Below are positions 43,709 through 52,329 of a stretch of DNA of 64,000 nucleotides, piece by piece. Under the pieces are notes generated by a model, which did not search any database, was not told the origin of the DNA, and saw nothing but the letters and a program-made list of their open reading frames with translations. Source of the stretch: a virus (taxonomy: Duplodnaviria; Heunggongvirae; Uroviricota; Caudoviricetes); the IMG/VR virus record IMGVR_UViG_3300042544_001887; one strand, written 5' to 3'. Made by a program: the position numbers and the translations under genes. Each line of letters starts with the position of its first letter. Within the stretch, counting starts at the first letter, position 1.

Positions 43709-43792
43709 GCCCTAGTGGTGTAATGGTAGCCACGGAAGACTCAAAATCTTTTGCCGCAAGGCGTGGGGGTTCAAGTCCCTCCTGGGGCACCA
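43709..43792 (+). tRNA. tRNA-Leu (CAA), type II
   Basis: acceptor gccctag/ctggggc, loop ctCAAaa, long variable arm, T-loop ttcaagt, CCA. Confidence 0.7.
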
Positions 43793-43801
43793 ATTCTTTA
43801 T

Positions 43802-43885
43802 GCCCGCTTGGTGAAATTGGTAGCCGCGGCAGACTTAAAATTTGTTTCCTCTGGAGTGCCGGTTCGAGTCCGGCAGCGGGCACCA
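43802..43885 (+). tRNA. tRNA-Leu (TAA), type II
   Basis: acceptor gcccgct/agcgggc, loop ctTAAaa, long variable arm, T-loop ttcgagt, CCA. Confidence 0.7.
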
Positions 43886-43899
43886 ATAAAAAACAATCA

Positions 43900-43924
43900 A
43901 AAGGCACCCTAGGGTGCCTTTTCT
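43900..43924 (+). terminator. intrinsic terminator
   Basis: ggcaccc-ta-gggtgcc stem then TTTTCT. Confidence 0.6.
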
Positions 43925-43925
43925 C

Positions 43926-43955
43926 TTGACTAGGACTTGCAAACTGTTATACTAT
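43926..43955 (+). promoter_or_regulatory. sigma70-like promoter
   Basis: TTGACT-N18-TGtTATACT. Confidence 0.4.
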
Positions 43956-43975
43956 CTGCAATCAGAGGAGATACT

Positions 43976-45301
43976 ATGCGAACACAACCTGACTTTATTA
44001 TTCGTGATCTTGAAAATCACAATAGTCGCCTTGATAAAGAGGCAATTCTTGCTGACGCAGTTAAAGAAGGACTAAACGAGTTTTTTGATGGCGTTCGTAT
44101 GGCCCTCGACTCACTAGTTACATTTGGTGTAAAACAGGTGCCGATTAAAGAGAAGGATGAAGGACAAGGGTTGGCTTGGACGGTGTTTTTGCATCTTGCA
44201 AACGACCTTCAGTATCGTAATCTAACTGGTCATGCAGCACGTGATGCAATCAATCTTGCTATGGAGGTTGCTACACAACGTCAGTGGAACGATTGGTACC
44301 GTCGTATTCTTATTAAGGATCTACGCTGCGGTGTTTCAGAAAAAACTGTTAATAAAGTTTGCAAAAATCATCCGCAATATCAGGTTCCGGTTTTTGAATG
44401 TCAACTTGCACATGATAGTGCAAATCATGAAGACAAAATGAAGGGCAAAAAACAAATCGAAGTCAAGCTCGACGGCGTTCGTGTAATTACTGTGATCAAC
44501 GACATTCACGGCAAAAGCATCGAAATGTTTAGCCGCAACGGCAAACAGTTTCATAACTTTGATCACATCATTGAAGAAATTCGTGCTGTGCTCAAAGACA
44601 ATCCCACTCCATATCCGCTTGTTCTAGATGGCGAAATTATGAGTGCTACGTTTCAAGATCTTATGAAGCAAGTGCAGCGTAAGTCGAACGTAAACGCAAA
44701 AGATGCAGTGCTAAACTTGTTTGATATTATTCCACTTGGTTGTTTCAAGAATAAGAAGTGGGACAAGCCACAGAACTTCCGTAGTGAACTTGTTAATCAT
44801 TGGGTAGAAGACCATGCAGAGACGCTACAGCACGTTACAGCACTAGGTTGGGAAACTGTAGATCTAGACACAGCAGAAGGCTATCGACGCTTTGTAGAGC
44901 TTAATAAGACGGCTGTAGACGGTGGGTATGAGGGCGTTATGATCAAGGACGTGGATGCACCCTATGAATGTAAACGTAGCCATAGTTGGCTTAAAGCAAA
45001 ACCATTTATTGAAGTAACATTGGAGATTGTAGGAGTTGAAGAAGGAACAGGACGAAATGAAGGAAGACTCGGGGCTATGGTATGCTCTGGGCAAGATGAC
45101 GGGAAGGATATTAGGGTCAACGTTGGCAGTGGTTTTACAGATGATCAACGATCCCAATTTTGGAATGCTCGGGATGCTGCTATTGGTAATCTTGTTGAAG
45201 TTCGGGCAGATGCTGTAACACAGAATCAAGACGGCACTTACAGCCTACGATTTCCACGTTTTAAAACGTTCCGTGGTTTTGAGAAGGGTGAAAAACTATG
45301 A
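43976..45301 (+). CDS. ATP-dependent DNA ligase (T4-type)
   Basis: KxDGxR adenylation motif EVKLDGVRVI; AGAGGAGATACTATG RBS. Confidence 0.85.
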   Translation: MRTQPDFIIRDLENHNSRLDKEAILADAVKEGLNEFFDGVRMALDSLVTFGVKQVPIKEKDEGQGLAWTVFLHLANDLQYRNLTGHAARDAINLAMEVATQRQWNDWYRRILIKDLRCGVSEKTVNKVCKNHPQYQVPVFECQLAHDSANHEDKMKGKKQIEVKLDGVRVITVINDIHGKSIEMFSRNGKQFHNFDHIIEEIRAVLKDNPTPYPLVLDGEIMSATFQDLMKQVQRKSNVNAKDAVLNLFDIIPLGCFKNKKWDKPQNFRSELVNHWVEDHAETLQHVTALGWETVDLDTAEGYRRFVELNKTAVDGGYEGVMIKDVDAPYECKRSHSWLKAKPFIEVTLEIVGVEEGTGRNEGRLGAMVCSGQDDGKDIRVNVGSGFTDDQRSQFWNARDAAIGNLVEVRADAVTQNQDGTYSLRFPRFKTFRGFEKGEKL

Positions 45302-45573
45302 AAATTATTGCAACTACAACCAGCGGCTATATTTGCGAAATTTCTCGTAGAGAGGTATCTTTGCTTGGCGGCGGATCAAACATCGGTGATGAAGTTCCAC
45401 TTGACCGTGCGTTTGATACACTAGACAGTTTGCGTAGCATTAGTCGTACAAACTTAAATTACTTAGGTGATCAAATAAACAAACTACAAGCAAAGTACAA
45501 AGACGTAGAAGAAATGTACAACAAAACTATGATATTTGACTCGATTAAAAACAGCAAAAAAAATGATCTATAA
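45298..45573 (+). CDS. hypothetical protein
   Basis: 91 aa. Confidence 0.4.
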   Translation: MKIIATTTSGYICEISRREVSLLGGGSNIGDEVPLDRAFDTLDSLRSISRTNLNYLGDQINKLQAKYKDVEEMYNKTMIFDSIKNSKKNDL

Positions 45574-45832
45574 ACTTGGAAAAGTAATGGGACACCTCGG
45601 ACATGCTCCTCCTGAAGCAGAGCCTTGGGCTATTCTTAAAACGCTGGGGATTGATGTAGCACTAGCAAAACGAGCAGTAAAAAAACTCTATTTCGAACCT
45701 GTGACTGTAGTAGATAAGCTTGGCAGATCTGTGCCAAGCTACGAAACATATCACAATGTGTTTTTTATACCAAACGATACTAAGCACGGTAGTTTATTTG
45801 CTATGAAATACGGAACAAAGATTAATGGATGA
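45536..45832 (+). CDS. hypothetical protein
   Basis: 98 aa. Confidence 0.4.
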   Translation: MTRLKTAKKMIYKLGKVMGHLGHAPPEAEPWAILKTLGIDVALAKRAVKKLYFEPVTVVDKLGRSVPSYETYHNVFFIPNDTKHGSLFAMKYGTKING

Positions 45833-46205
45833 CGAACTAGAAAATTTTAAACAAAAATATCGTGCTCACGTTCAACCTGGACATAGACGCTATGCTGTAC
45901 CTAAACGTATAAGCATGGATCCGTTATCACCTGACAAAGATATGCCTTGGGATCTTAACTTTGAATACGAAAGCAGTGTTCAAATTGATATGAGCAAGCG
46001 TGACTTCGAAACACTAATCGGTATGGAAGCTTATTTTGAGTCTCAGCTAAAAGATCGTGACTGGGAGAATTTTAGTGGATACGCTAAATCGATCGTAGAT
46101 AAGTATGAACGTGAAGTTCGTATTCGAAACAACAATCCCGCGGCAAAACTTGCGTATGAAAAATATCAAACAGTATTACGCATGGTAGACAGTTACTATG
46201 ATTGA
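45825..46205 (+). CDS. hypothetical protein
   Basis: 126 aa. Confidence 0.45.
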   Translation: MDDELENFKQKYRAHVQPGHRRYAVPKRISMDPLSPDKDMPWDLNFEYESSVQIDMSKRDFETLIGMEAYFESQLKDRDWENFSGYAKSIVDKYEREVRIRNNNPAAKLAYEKYQTVLRMVDSYYD

Positions 46206-46431
46206 AGTTCCTTTTCAAATAGACAGGCACGATGCTGAAAGTTCTAACCCTTTGAGCACCTGGATTCAGCGTAACTGGGATATGCCTTGGCTAAACTATT
46301 TGCTAGAACACACTGACGGTATTGAAACAGAACATTTCTATGATCCACCTACTGATATGTACCGTGTGAATTTTAAGTTTAAATTGGACCCAAAAAAAGA
46401 AACATATTATCGGCTTAAATACGGTGCTTGA
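46198..46431 (+). CDS. hypothetical protein
   Basis: 77 aa. Confidence 0.4.
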   Translation: MIEVPFQIDRHDAESSNPLSTWIQRNWDMPWLNYLLEHTDGIETEHFYDPPTDMYRVNFKFKLDPKKETYYRLKYGA

Positions 46432-46456
46432 CAATCACAGTGATATGTCGTATAGT
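46428..46456 (+). promoter_or_regulatory. sigma70-like promoter
   Basis: TTGACA-N17-TATAGT. Confidence 0.5.
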
Positions 46457-46482
46457 TAATTGTAAAAACACAGAGGACCACT

Positions 46483-47673
46483 ATGGCTCGCACCGCAGTA
46501 CTTAAACCTAAAAAAAAAGCAACCGTTCGGGCAACTCGACGTCTTAGCGGATTTTCTCTTGCCCCGACTGATAGCTTTTGGAAAGCAAAACATTTTGTGC
46601 ATTACGAAATTGAAAGCAGAGAATGGGCCAGCAAGATTACAGATTATGTAAAGCGGTTTCTTCCTAAAACTGATGCTGCACACATTAATCGTTTGCCTGA
46701 TTGGAAAATATCTAACTACAGCCATTGGGCTATTACTGCTCATTGGCTACTAAATAACCTCGAACCTCCCGAAGATTATGTAAACGGCTTTAAGCGATAC
46801 CTTGATGGCCTTGTTGAAGAAGGCAAAGAACTTGCTAAAAAAGACAAAGTTGCGGAAAAAATTGCAAAGTCTGCGGCACCGGTTCCTACTATTCAAGAGC
46901 GTATTTCCGAACAAGCCGCAGAAGCAATGGAAGACATTGAAGAATGGCTCGAAGTTTTTGTCAAAGACAAAACTGCGTTTGATCCTAAAGGATTTGACTT
47001 TACAGCTCACTTTGCTAAGTTTAAAATTTCGCAGGCACACGCTCGTAAAATTATGTCTAACTATCAAAGCGAAATCGAAGAAGCACGTTTAATTCAAAAC
47101 TTGCCTACTCCGCAAAGTATTGCTAAGATCAAAGACGAACGTGAAAAAGACATGGCACAACAGCTACGCGAAGGTTATAGCCATCTCTCTAAAAAGGATG
47201 CAGCGGCATACCTTGCAGCACTAGAGACGTTACAAGGTGCTTGTATGCTAGTTATAGATTCAAGTAAAGCTAATCGCAAGCCTCGTGCTAAAAAAGCACC
47301 TAGCAAAGAAAAAATTGTTGCAGGACTGAAATATAAACTTGTTGACGACAAGTATCAAATTGCAAGTATTAATCCTCTTGAATTGTTACAAAGCACTGAA
47401 ATTTGGGTATTTAATACTAAAACTAGAAAACTTGGAAAATACGTAGCGGCTGCCGATGCTTCTATTATGACTGTCAAAGGTAATACACTTATTGGGTATG
47501 ATGAAACAAAGTCGGTACAGAAAACCTTGCGTAAACCCGAAGAAACATTAAAAGAATTCAAGTCTGCAGGAAAAATCAAGTTAAGAAAGTTTTTAGAGGA
47601 AATTAATACCACTGAAACTGTTCTTAGTGGAAGATTTAACACAGATATAGTCATTCTTAAAGCTGCTCATTAA
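46483..47673 (+). CDS. hypothetical protein (396 aa, basic N-terminus, acidic/coiled middle)
   Basis: GAGGACCACTATG RBS. Confidence 0.5.
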   Translation: MARTAVLKPKKKATVRATRRLSGFSLAPTDSFWKAKHFVHYEIESREWASKITDYVKRFLPKTDAAHINRLPDWKISNYSHWAITAHWLLNNLEPPEDYVNGFKRYLDGLVEEGKELAKKDKVAEKIAKSAAPVPTIQERISEQAAEAMEDIEEWLEVFVKDKTAFDPKGFDFTAHFAKFKISQAHARKIMSNYQSEIEEARLIQNLPTPQSIAKIKDEREKDMAQQLREGYSHLSKKDAAAYLAALETLQGACMLVIDSSKANRKPRAKKAPSKEKIVAGLKYKLVDDKYQIASINPLELLQSTEIWVFNTKTRKLGKYVAAADASIMTVKGNTLIGYDETKSVQKTLRKPEETLKEFKSAGKIKLRKFLEEINTTETVLSGRFNTDIVILKAAH

Positions 47674-47675
47674 GA

Positions 47676-47704
47676 TTGACAAAGTAATAATAATAGCATA
47701 TAAT
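47676..47704 (+). promoter_or_regulatory. sigma70 consensus promoter
   Basis: TTGACA-N17-TATAAT. Confidence 0.6.
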
Positions 47705-47728
47705 AAGATTTATAAAGAAGGAAAAAAC

Positions 47729-48316
47729 ATGCCCTTAGTACCTATTGTAATTGAACAGGAATCTCGTGGAGAGAGGTCTTATGATATTTACAGCAGACTT
47801 TTAAAAGACAGGATTGTTATGTTAAATGGTCCTGTTGAAGATAATGGAGCAAACTTAATTGTTGCTCAGATGCTTTTCTTAGAATCTCAAGACTCTGAAA
47901 AACCTATTAAATTTTATATTAATAGTCCTGGTGGCGTTATTACTGCTGGCATGAGTATTTACGATACTATGCAGTTCATTAAACCTGAAGTACACACTAT
48001 TGTAATGGGCCAAGCGTGTAGTATGGGATCTTTCCTTGCACAAGCCGGTGCAAAAGGCAAACGCTATCTGTTGCCTAATGCAAGACACATGATTCACCAG
48101 CCGAGCGGCGGTGCAAGAGGTATGGCTAGCGACATTGAAATTTCTTATCGAGAAATTATGTACTGGAAAAAGCGTTTAACAGAACTGTATGTTCATCATA
48201 ACAGTGCAGAAAAAACGTACGAAGATTTCGAGCGTGACATGGATCGAGACACTTTCTTGAGTGCTAAAGAAGCAGTAGAATATGGTCTTGCTGATTCAAT
48301 AATCACTACTCGTTAA
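47729..48316 (+). CDS. clpP: ATP-dependent Clp protease proteolytic subunit ClpP
   Basis: Ser-His-Asp triad contexts [18 protein letters not shown]; 195 aa. Confidence 0.9.
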   Translation: MPLVPIVIEQESRGERSYDIYSRLLKDRIVMLNGPVEDNGANLIVAQMLFLESQDSEKPIKFYINSPGGVITAGMSIYDTMQFIKPEVHTIVMGQACSMGSFLAQAGAKGKRYLLPNARHMIHQPSGGARGMASDIEISYREIMYWKKRLTELYVHHNSAEKTYEDFERDMDRDTFLSAKEAVEYGLADSIITTR

Positions 48317-48356
48317 ATGTGTTTTTTAACGGAATCTACCCCTTTATAAATAATAT

Positions 48357-48647
48357 ATGAAAGAACATATTAATAATATAAAAAAACAAATAACAACATG
48401 GTTAAAATGGATAAATTTTATGCCAATTTTAATCATGTTGTTTGTTTTGACTGTTTATGTATTAGAATCATTAGGGTTAGATAGATTTGTTAACGTTGCA
48501 ATATTTACATGGGTTATTGCTATTTCAGCATGGTGGATTTGGGCATTAAGATGTATTATAAAATTAACTAAATTATTAAGTTTTACTGTAGATGAATTAG
48601 AAGACATTAAAACTGAAGTTGAGAAAATTAGAAAAGACATTATTTAA
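48357..48647 (+). CDS. small membrane protein
   Basis: two TM helices. Confidence 0.4.
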   Translation: MKEHINNIKKQITTWLKWINFMPILIMLFVLTVYVLESLGLDRFVNVAIFTWVIAISAWWIWALRCIIKLTKLLSFTVDELEDIKTEVEKIRKDII

Positions 48648-48729
48648 TTTTGTATAAGTAATGTTATAGAGGACTACAATGGGATCGCCCCTCTTTAAAT
48701 ATTCCGCACCCTCATAAAGCGAGGATGTA

Positions 48730-49203
48730 ATGGTTAAAAAGTATGTTAGCACAAAAGAATACAAAGAATTAGGACCGGTAGCTTATAGACAATGGAGAGC
48801 TGATTCTCATTGCAGACTGATACATGGTTATGCATTGTCATTTAAGTTTGAATTTGAAACAGATCATCTTGATGCAAGAAATTGGGCAATGGATTATGGT
48901 GGCTTAAAGCCGCTTAAAGCATTGCTAGAAGAGTGGTTTGATCATACACTTCTAGTTGCACAGGATGACCCTCAAAGAGATGAGTTGCTAAGACTCGGAG
49001 AACTTAAACTAGCAAAGATTACAGAAGTAGAAAAAACTGGATGCGAAGGTATTGCAGATTTTCTTTATGAATACGTGAATACAGTATTCTTAAAAGACTA
49101 CGGCGAACAAGACCGTCTATGGTGTAGTCGAGTTGAAGTTCGCGAAACCGGAGCAAACATGGCATATCGCCAAGGTCACAGAGAAGACGGTGAATTCTTA
49201 TAA
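48730..49203 (+). CDS. 6-pyruvoyl-tetrahydropterin synthase / QueD-like protein
   Basis: CRLIHGY (CxxxHGH-like) and PTPS fold motifs; 157 aa. Confidence 0.55.
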   Translation: MVKKYVSTKEYKELGPVAYRQWRADSHCRLIHGYALSFKFEFETDHLDARNWAMDYGGLKPLKALLEEWFDHTLLVAQDDPQRDELLRLGELKLAKITEVEKTGCEGIADFLYEYVNTVFLKDYGEQDRLWCSRVEVRETGANMAYRQGHREDGEFL

Positions 49204-50018
49204 TGAAAACATATCTGCCTAACGAAACTAAAGAAGGCAGAAAAGCAAGAAAGGCCCTCGAAAAGCAGGGCCTTTCTTCTGTCATAGTACCTGAAACAAA
49301 TCAAATTCCTAGTAAAGAAAATAAAAATTATGTTGTGTGCCTAAAGTGGGGTACAAAATATGGATCCGAATATGTGAATAAATTAAAATCTATGGTTTCT
49401 CGTAATTTAACTATAGATCATGAATTTATTTGCTTTACAGACAATCGTGCAGGTATAGATCCATCAATACGAGTTGAACCGTTGCCAAATATTCCTGTAT
49501 CGGGGTGGTGGTATAAAGTTTGGTTTTTGAGCAACGAACTTCCTATTCAAGGAACCTTGCTTTTTTTAGATCTTGATCTTATAGTATTTAAAAATATCGA
49601 TAATTTGTTCACCTATAAACCAGAAAAAAACTTTTGTATAATAAGAGATTTTAATAGAAATATTAGGCAAAGTTGGGATAGAATGAACAGCAGTGTTTTT
49701 AGAACAAAAATAGGACACTACAATAAAGAATATCAAATTTTTAAAAACGATCCGCAACAGTTTACAAGAAGATTACACGGCGATCAGGATTGGATGTTTA
49801 AATATGTAAAAGATTTTTCTTTTTGGCCAGACGAGTGGATTCAAAGTTATAAATGGGAAATGCGTAGCAGAAATGATTTAGGAGTTGTTAACGGTAAAAG
49901 AAACTTTAGACATCCTGGAACTCCTAAAATACTAGAACAGACAAGTATTGCAGTATTTCACGGAGAGCCTAACATTCCGGACTGCAATGACAAATGGCCA
50001 ATAGAAAACTGGGGTTGA
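49203..50018 (+). CDS. putative GT-A glycosyltransferase (DxD motif)
   Basis: FLDLDLIVF DxD-like motif; N-terminal 25 codons contain a strong hairpin. Confidence 0.4.
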   Translation: MKTYLPNETKEGRKARKALEKQGLSSVIVPETNQIPSKENKNYVVCLKWGTKYGSEYVNKLKSMVSRNLTIDHEFICFTDNRAGIDPSIRVEPLPNIPVSGWWYKVWFLSNELPIQGTLLFLDLDLIVFKNIDNLFTYKPEKNFCIIRDFNRNIRQSWDRMNSSVFRTKIGHYNKEYQIFKNDPQQFTRRLHGDQDWMFKYVKDFSFWPDEWIQSYKWEMRSRNDLGVVNGKRNFRHPGTPKILEQTSIAVFHGEPNIPDCNDKWPIENWG

Positions 50019-50043
50019 CCTGCTGGTATATTTTATGTATGTT
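50015..50043 (+). promoter_or_regulatory. sigma70-like promoter
   Basis: TTGACC-N17-TATGTT. Confidence 0.4.
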
Positions 50044-50049
50044 GTAAAC

Positions 50050-51084
50050 ATGACAAACAATCTTATCACCCAACGCATCGGCTTTGCCTGCAAATATCTT
50101 TATCGTGATCAGTCGCTGAAAAAGCGTATCCTCGAAGATTACGAGCGTCCTCTTAACACCCGTGCAACAACTGTTGCTTGGCTTAATAGGCAAAAACTTT
50201 CTGAAGCTGAAGATCGGCTTTGGGAGATTATGGTTCACAATATCAAATCTGTCGAAAGGTTAGTTGAATATGTTGGAAGTCTTCCTCCAGAATTACGTAT
50301 GGTACGTATTGGCAGTGATATCTTGCCTGTTTATACTGAGTCTAATTGGAGTTACTATTGGAAGAGACCGGATGTCGTCCAGTACTGCGAACGAGAATTT
50401 GCTCGAGTGGGTGATACTGCACGTAGGCTTGATGTTCGCTTGTCTTTTCACCCTGGCCAGTTTACCGTTTTGGCTTCCGATAGTGACGACATTGTAAGTC
50501 GCAGTATTGAGGAGTTTGAATATCATGTTGATATGGCAAGATGGATGGGCTACGGCAAGACATTCCAGGACTTTAAAATTAATGTCCACATATCGGGTCG
50601 TAGAGGTCCAGCCGGCATCCAAGCAGTTCTCCCAAGACTCTCGCCAGAGGCCCGCAACACCATTACCATCGAAAACGACGAAAACAGCTGGGGACTTGAC
50701 GCAAGTCTCGAACTTGAGAAAGACGTTGCCCTTGTACTCGACATACATCACCACTGGATTCGCACAGGAGAATACATTCAGCCCACAGATGATAGATATC
50801 GTCGTATAATTGACAGCTGGCGCGGTCAACGTCCTGTTATACATTACAGTCTTAGCAGAGAAGATGTGCTAGTCAATTTCAACCCTAATAAACTTCCTGT
50901 AATGGATGATCTTCTAACAGAAGGCTACAAGAAACAAAAACTTAGAGCACACAGTGACTACATGTGGAACCATACTGCAAACGAATGGGCACTGAGCTTT
51001 TTGCCCTATGCCGATATTATGGTAGAAAGCAAGATGAAAAATCTTGCTAGTATTAAGTTGTACGAACATGCTAGACGTGTATAA
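50050..51084 (+). CDS. uvdE: UV-damage endonuclease (UvdE/UvsE family)
   Basis: RLSFHPGQFTVLASD, INVHISG, ITIENDENSW, LVLDIHHHW match UvsE conserved blocks. Confidence 0.8.
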   Translation: MTNNLITQRIGFACKYLYRDQSLKKRILEDYERPLNTRATTVAWLNRQKLSEAEDRLWEIMVHNIKSVERLVEYVGSLPPELRMVRIGSDILPVYTESNWSYYWKRPDVVQYCEREFARVGDTARRLDVRLSFHPGQFTVLASDSDDIVSRSIEEFEYHVDMARWMGYGKTFQDFKINVHISGRRGPAGIQAVLPRLSPEARNTITIENDENSWGLDASLELEKDVALVLDIHHHWIRTGEYIQPTDDRYRRIIDSWRGQRPVIHYSLSREDVLVNFNPNKLPVMDDLLTEGYKKQKLRAHSDYMWNHTANEWALSFLPYADIMVESKMKNLASIKLYEHARRV

Positions 51085-51316
51085 CGAAAGAGAAGATCCT
51101 AGAGTTTACGGGGAAATAGATCTTGAACGTAGGGTAATTTACACTCGAGAAATAACGTGTTTAATTCCGTGGAAACGTTGCTGGGATTCGAAAAAAAGTT
51201 TGTTTTTGAAACAGTGTATACGTGTAACATGCGGATTAAACGGTCCTGGAGATACAATCATTACCAATTACTATTTTGAACCTAAACGATGGACACTAAG
51301 ACTTCTTAGAAAATAA
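51068..51316 (+). CDS. hypothetical protein
   Basis: start chosen after overlap with uvdE. Confidence 0.3.
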   Translation: MLDVYNEREDPRVYGEIDLERRVIYTREITCLIPWKRCWDSKKSLFLKQCIRVTCGLNGPGDTIITNYYFEPKRWTLRLLRK

Positions 51317-51323
51317 ATACTGT

Positions 51324-51605
51324 ATGAGTTATTTAAATCGTATGTATGGCGGTACAAGATCCGCCCCCGAATCAAACAAAAATACAAATCGTGTTCTCGG
51401 TGGTTTAAGAGGCCAAGGTGCAGATCATTATTCAGTACTCGGTGAAGACGGGGTTGAGCGTAATGTACCTACACAAAAGTATGTTCAAAGTCTTGAACAA
51501 AAATTAAGAGAACAGGATACAAGAATATCTGTATTAGAAAAAAAGTTGAGAAGTATGTCTACAGATCAGCGATTAATTTCGCAGGCTGTATCAAAAAAGT
51601 TATAA
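51324..51605 (+). CDS. hypothetical coiled-coil protein
   Basis: 93 aa. Confidence 0.4.
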   Translation: MSYLNRMYGGTRSAPESNKNTNRVLGGLRGQGADHYSVLGEDGVERNVPTQKYVQSLEQKLREQDTRISVLEKKLRSMSTDQRLISQAVSKKL

Positions 51606-51887
51606 CTTTCCTATACCTAAGTTAGAACTAGCACTCAAATTCCATACTTTTTTACGCTCAACGCCCTTGCGTTGGGCGAATTTTTTTGAGTTACAGTAAT
51701 CGCAAACATGAAAATAGTTATTGCTTAATCTTTTTGGATCCATTGATCCTCTTTCTCTATGGAATTCTTTAGAACAATTGTCACACCTAAAATGCACAAG
51801 TGTTTTTTTTCTAGTATAAGTATGCTCGATTCCGAGTTTACTTTTTCTCACGTGTGAAGTCTCTACTATGCTTTGTTTGATAAACAT
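51600..51887 (-). CDS. Zn-ribbon protein (CxxC...CxxC)
   Basis: CDNCSKEF...CDYCNSKKF; minus strand; contains + strand terminator hairpin in its 3' part. Confidence 0.3.
   Translation of the reverse strand: MFIKQSIVETSHVRKSKLGIEHTYTRKKTLVHFRCDNCSKEFHRERGSMDPKRLSNNYFHVCDYCNSKKFAQRKGVERKKVWNLSASSNLGIGKL
51661..51687 (+). terminator. intrinsic terminator
   Basis: cgccc-ttgcgtt-gggcg then AATTTTTTT. Confidence 0.55.
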
Positions 51888-51948
51888 ATATGTATTTAGT
51901 TACATTAAGATTATAAAAAATACCTATAAATATTAGAAAGGGAATATC

Positions 51949-52314
51949 ATGGAAGTTTGCACTCTTACAGAATCTGCTAAAAAACAAATAGATACTCTAT
52001 GTCAAGAAAACAATTGCTATGCAATTACATTAAATCTTCGAGGCGGCGGGTGTGCAGGATTTGAATACGATTGGGGAACAATCTCTCATCCGTCGGAATT
52101 AAATCCGGGAGATATTGTTGTAAAAACTGACAATGCAGGACGTTTTGTTATCGGAGCACATAGTCTTATGTTTTTGATAGGAACAGAAGTAGATTACATT
52201 CGCAGTTTAGTAGGTAGTAATTTTGAAATTCGTAACCCAAATGCAAAAAGCAGTTGTGGATGCGGAGTAAGTGTAAATTTTGATTTTGACGATTTAGCAT
52301 CGTCTCACATATAA
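51949..52314 (+). CDS. IscA/HesB-family Fe-S cluster carrier protein
   Basis: C-terminal SCGCGVSVNF signature and central Cys; AGGGAATATCATG RBS. Confidence 0.7.
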   Translation: MEVCTLTESAKKQIDTLCQENNCYAITLNLRGGGCAGFEYDWGTISHPSELNPGDIVVKTDNAGRFVIGAHSLMFLIGTEVDYIRSLVGSNFEIRNPNAKSSCGCGVSVNFDFDDLASSHI

Positions 52315-52329
52315 CGGAGTTTAAGTATA

